DNA from: Macrostomum lignano
Taxonomy: Eukaryota
Assembly (NCBI GenBank): GCA_002269645.1
Contig: NIVC01003407.1
Location: 1 to 22,626, forward strand
DNA length: 22,626 nucleotides
Reading direction: 5' to 3'
Shown here in pieces: positions 19,814-22,626 of the stretch. The translations under genes and the position numbers were made by a program. The notes under the pieces were generated by a model. That model was not told the origin of the DNA and made no database searches. It saw only the letters and a list, made by a program, of their open reading frames with translations. Positions within the stretch are counted from its first letter, which is position 1. Every line of letters begins with the position of its first letter.

Positions 19814-20184
19814 ATGAACTTTAGTTTGAAATTTCGAACTCGAGTCGTCGTGCTGCTGCTTGTGGCAGCCGCAGGCGTCAGTCGCGGCTACGACTGCAAC
19901 CCAGGTTACGCCATAGAGGTCGTTCCGGGCTACGAAGAAGCGCTGATCCGGGGCTTAATGAACGATTTTGGAATGAGCCAGATGAGCCTCTCATTCCCGT
20001 AGACTACAAGGAACTCGTAACCCAAATGGGTATGACGTTCTGCATGGGCCAAACGGTCAGCCACGACTGGGGCGACCCCTGTGACAAGCGGGTGGTGCAT
20101 CAGTGCTCGTTCTGCCCAATTTTTTCACCGGTGTTTTCACCATGCGACAATTCTGACGCTTCGAGATGCTATTTTGCTAAATAA
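19814..20184 (+). CDS. Secreted 7-Cys peptide precursor of unknown family, copy 2 (123 aa after restoring one C at ~19978)
   Basis: MNFSLKFRTRVVVLLLVAAAGVSRG signal. After a 1-nt shift (CC where copy 1 has CCC) the frame continues PDEPLIPVDYKELVTQMGMTFCMGQTVSHDWGDPCDKRVVHQCSFCPIFSPVFSPCDNSDASRCYFAK* (TAA 20182-20184). Confidence 0.8.
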
Positions 20185-20699
20185 TAACTATACTTATGCA
20201 TCATCATGCGGTGCCTGCTGCACGAAACCACTGACAACCAATTGGCTATGCGGATGCACTCAGAATCTGGGCTTTTGATTTAAATACACGTATTCTACTG
20301 AAAGAACTGTTGCAGTCAAATTTTAAGCCTAACTTACGAGCTCGTAATTAACAGTAGGAATACCAAGCCATTTTCCGCCCGTCGAACTACCAAAGAGGGG
20401 GGAAGTTCCCCCCCCCCCCTGACAATTTTTTTTGCACCGGAACGGAGCAACGCAGGCACAAGAAATTCAAGAACACGGGCCAACTTTTTTTGCGCACCTG
20501 CTCAAACAAGAATCAAGTCGCCAGCCCTTCAGACCGTCGAGATATTGGACGATTCTGCCAGAATGTCGGATTTTTCCCATAAGTGCTAGTGTATGATCAG
20601 TACACCCCTGTGCGACAAGCAGCACTGCGCCTCAACACAGCCTTGCCAAGTCTCCAAATTTCAATAGCTCGTCGATGTGTCTGTGTCTGCATCAGCAGC

Positions 20700-21095
20700 T
20701 GTGACTTCGTTGGTCCTTCAGCCTTCACCCATGTGGAGCTTCTGGACCTTCAACAGGTGGCACCAGCTGACTATGAACACCCTGATACGAATTTCTCGAG
20801 TTTCGCTGATCAAGCCTCGACAGTGGGCAAACCTCAACTGCTAGGTATCCTCAGCTAGTCTCTTGAGCATTCCGTCATCACCCGGACACCGTCGGCACCT
20901 TTAACAGATTACACCAGGTGATTATGGACATCCTGTTGCAAATATGTCAGGTTTTTCTTTTTATCAAGCTTCAATAATGGGCAAAACCTCAACTACCGGA
21001 CATTCTCAGCTAGTCTATCGAGCCTTCAGTCATCACCCCGACGCCGTCGGGACCTTCAATAGGTGGCACCAGATGAGTAATGACACCTGAGCGTG
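20700..21095. repeat. Degenerate ~153-bp tandem repeat, ~2.6 copies
   Basis: Marker GACCTTCAACAGGTGGCACCAG and variants at 20745, 20896, 21051; GGGCAAA(A)CCTCAACT at 20825 and 20979. Confidence 0.8.
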
Positions 21096-21496
21096 ATTTG
21101 TCGTCATGCTCGTAACATTTCTGAAGCTCTTAAAATTTTTTTAAGCACGTACATTGCTTTAGCTAAGCTTGAACTCATGTTGCTGTACATTTATATTATT
21201 AATACACATATTTTATACATAGAAGCTACATACATATTTTATTCTACAAGCTGTTTAGTTTATTCAACTATAATATTGAACCCAATTTTTAAGCAGAAAG
21301 GGTTATGCTTTTAAAAAATAAAAAAACCGATTGAATTTACTGGCACGCAAATGAAATTTAAGATCAAGTAAAGATAATTACTGGTATTATAATAAAAAAG
21401 AAACGAAAATTAGCGCAAAAGCATGATAGCTACTACCGTACATTCTCAAGAAATCCAAGAATGATGACAAAGTTTTTCATTATCTTTAAATATCCT

Positions 21497-22626
21497 TCAA
21501 TTTTCTGATGACATGCACAACAAATTCGTGGCCGGAAATCTGATCGTGCTCCTTCTGGCTGGATTTTTACTGTTGGTTGGGTCGCACAAGTAGACATCGT
21601 TTCGATGCCTCTTGCACACGAAACTAGCGCAGTTGGCACAATTTTTGTTTCGCGTTTCAGCGAGTACTTCTCCGCACTTGTGCTCCTTTCCGCCTTGCAC
21701 AGTCGGCATCGCCCTCGCTCTCCTGCTGGCCGATCGGCGGTAGCGCATTCAGATAGCTGATAATTTGGTTGAATTTTCAGCACCGTGTTGAAAAGACTAC
21801 GTAGATGAATTGACATGCCGGTTTGGGTCATTCGCACGGCGTTCAATCTGCGGTGGAAGCAACCCGGAAGCAGCTTGAAGGAGAAATTCTTTGCGAGTTA
21901 GGCCCGTGTGACCTGAAAGACGGTAAACCGTATGTCCGTTGATCCACACCACATTGAGCATGTGTCCAGTGAAAATTGTCTTTTCAAGACAGCGCGATAT
22001 GCGATGGCAGTTCATAGTGGTAACCATTCTGTTGATCGTGTCGGTGCCGGCCTTCGTTGCGTTGTAGTGCTGGATCAGCTCTGGTTTGTTTTTTGGAGGC
22101 ACACGTCGGCTGTCATGGTGATTAGTGGATAACAGAATTACAGTCCTCCGCTTGCTTGAGCACGCACGACTGTAAGAGGCCCGTCATAAAGGAACTCCGG
22201 CTGACTTGGTCTCTTGTTGCCCTTGAACTGAGGTGGCAGGCGATCAGCGGTAATGTTTACCCAAAAGCCTTCAAAGTTGTCGGATAGACGAAGCAGCACT
22301 TGCTCGCCACTCTAGTATTTGCCGACGCCACCGCTCTCCGCTTTCATCAGCAGGTTGTTGTATGCGGTGTACAATTCTGACTTGTACACATAATGCAGTG
22401 TGTCACTGCTTTCTTCGATCGGATTTCGAGCAGTCGTTGCCATGAAAAACTTCAGGCCGTTTCCTGCTGGCTTGTCCTTCATGAAGACAGCAAAGCTGCA
22501 GTCATTGCTATAGTATCGAATGAGTTGTTCATCGATACAAATGTAGGCTCCAGGCAGGACGGGCATTGCGAGGCGATCTTGAAAAGTGCTATACAGAGCT
22601 CGAATGCCGTAAATCGATCTCTGGCA
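21497..22626 (-). pseudogene. piggyBac transposase (DDE_Tnp_1_7-like core plus Cys-rich C-terminal domain), inactivated
   Basis: ICIDEQL...KDKPAGNGLKF (Asp1), NITAD (Asp2), KPELIQHYNATKAGTD (Asp3), C-terminal CRLC...CANC-x4-CKRH. In-frame TAG at 22312-22314, an apparent deletion after NITAD, and several frameshifts. Confidence 0.92.

Larger units (their letters stand above)
19371..20328 (+). repeat. Dispersed duplication, copy 2 (direct repeat of 6306-7226)
   Basis: Begins GATAATTTTCACGAGTAACCAAAG and ends CAGTCAAATTTTAAGC. Confidence 0.95.
20352..22626 (-). mobile_element. piggyBac-family DNA transposon, 3' portion (terminus tentative; extends beyond the right edge)
   Basis: Transposase remnants (see next feature); minus-strand AATAAA at 21238-21243; candidate TTAA target at 20348-20351 followed by CAGTAGGAATACCA...GAACTACCA...G6/C12 palindrome. 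Confidence 0.7.

Overview
Repeat-rich eukaryotic (invertebrate animal) genomic DNA. Host genus cannot be established from the sequence; a flatworm such as Macrostomum is only a guess from the repeat and codon style. No rRNA, tRNA or CRISPR features. Left to right: (TTAG)n/(TCAG)n microsatellite; ~1.9-kb 23-bp minisatellite; small secreted pacifastin-like protease-inhibitor gene (one frameshift); 5'-truncated mariner relic; copy 1 of a ~0.92-kb duplication carrying an unrecognised secreted 7-Cys peptide gene; two different orphan LTRs, each preceded by a polypurine tract; a lone hAT/Charlie-type terminus; an apparently intact two-exon cGAS-like receptor (Mab-21 nucleotidyltransferase) gene; a 5'-truncated minus-strand Ty3/Gypsy element (gag, -1 frameshift site, PR-RT-RH-INT, 35-bp array, PPT, 3' LTR); copy 2 of the duplication and peptide gene; and the 3' part of a degenerate piggyBac running off the right edge. 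Most notable: the intact cGLR, and the pair of secreted Cys-rich paralogues that show a strong excess of amino-acid changes and bracket it. Many frameshifts are single-base losses in short homopolymers and may be long-read assembly errors. All alignments and counts were done by eye.
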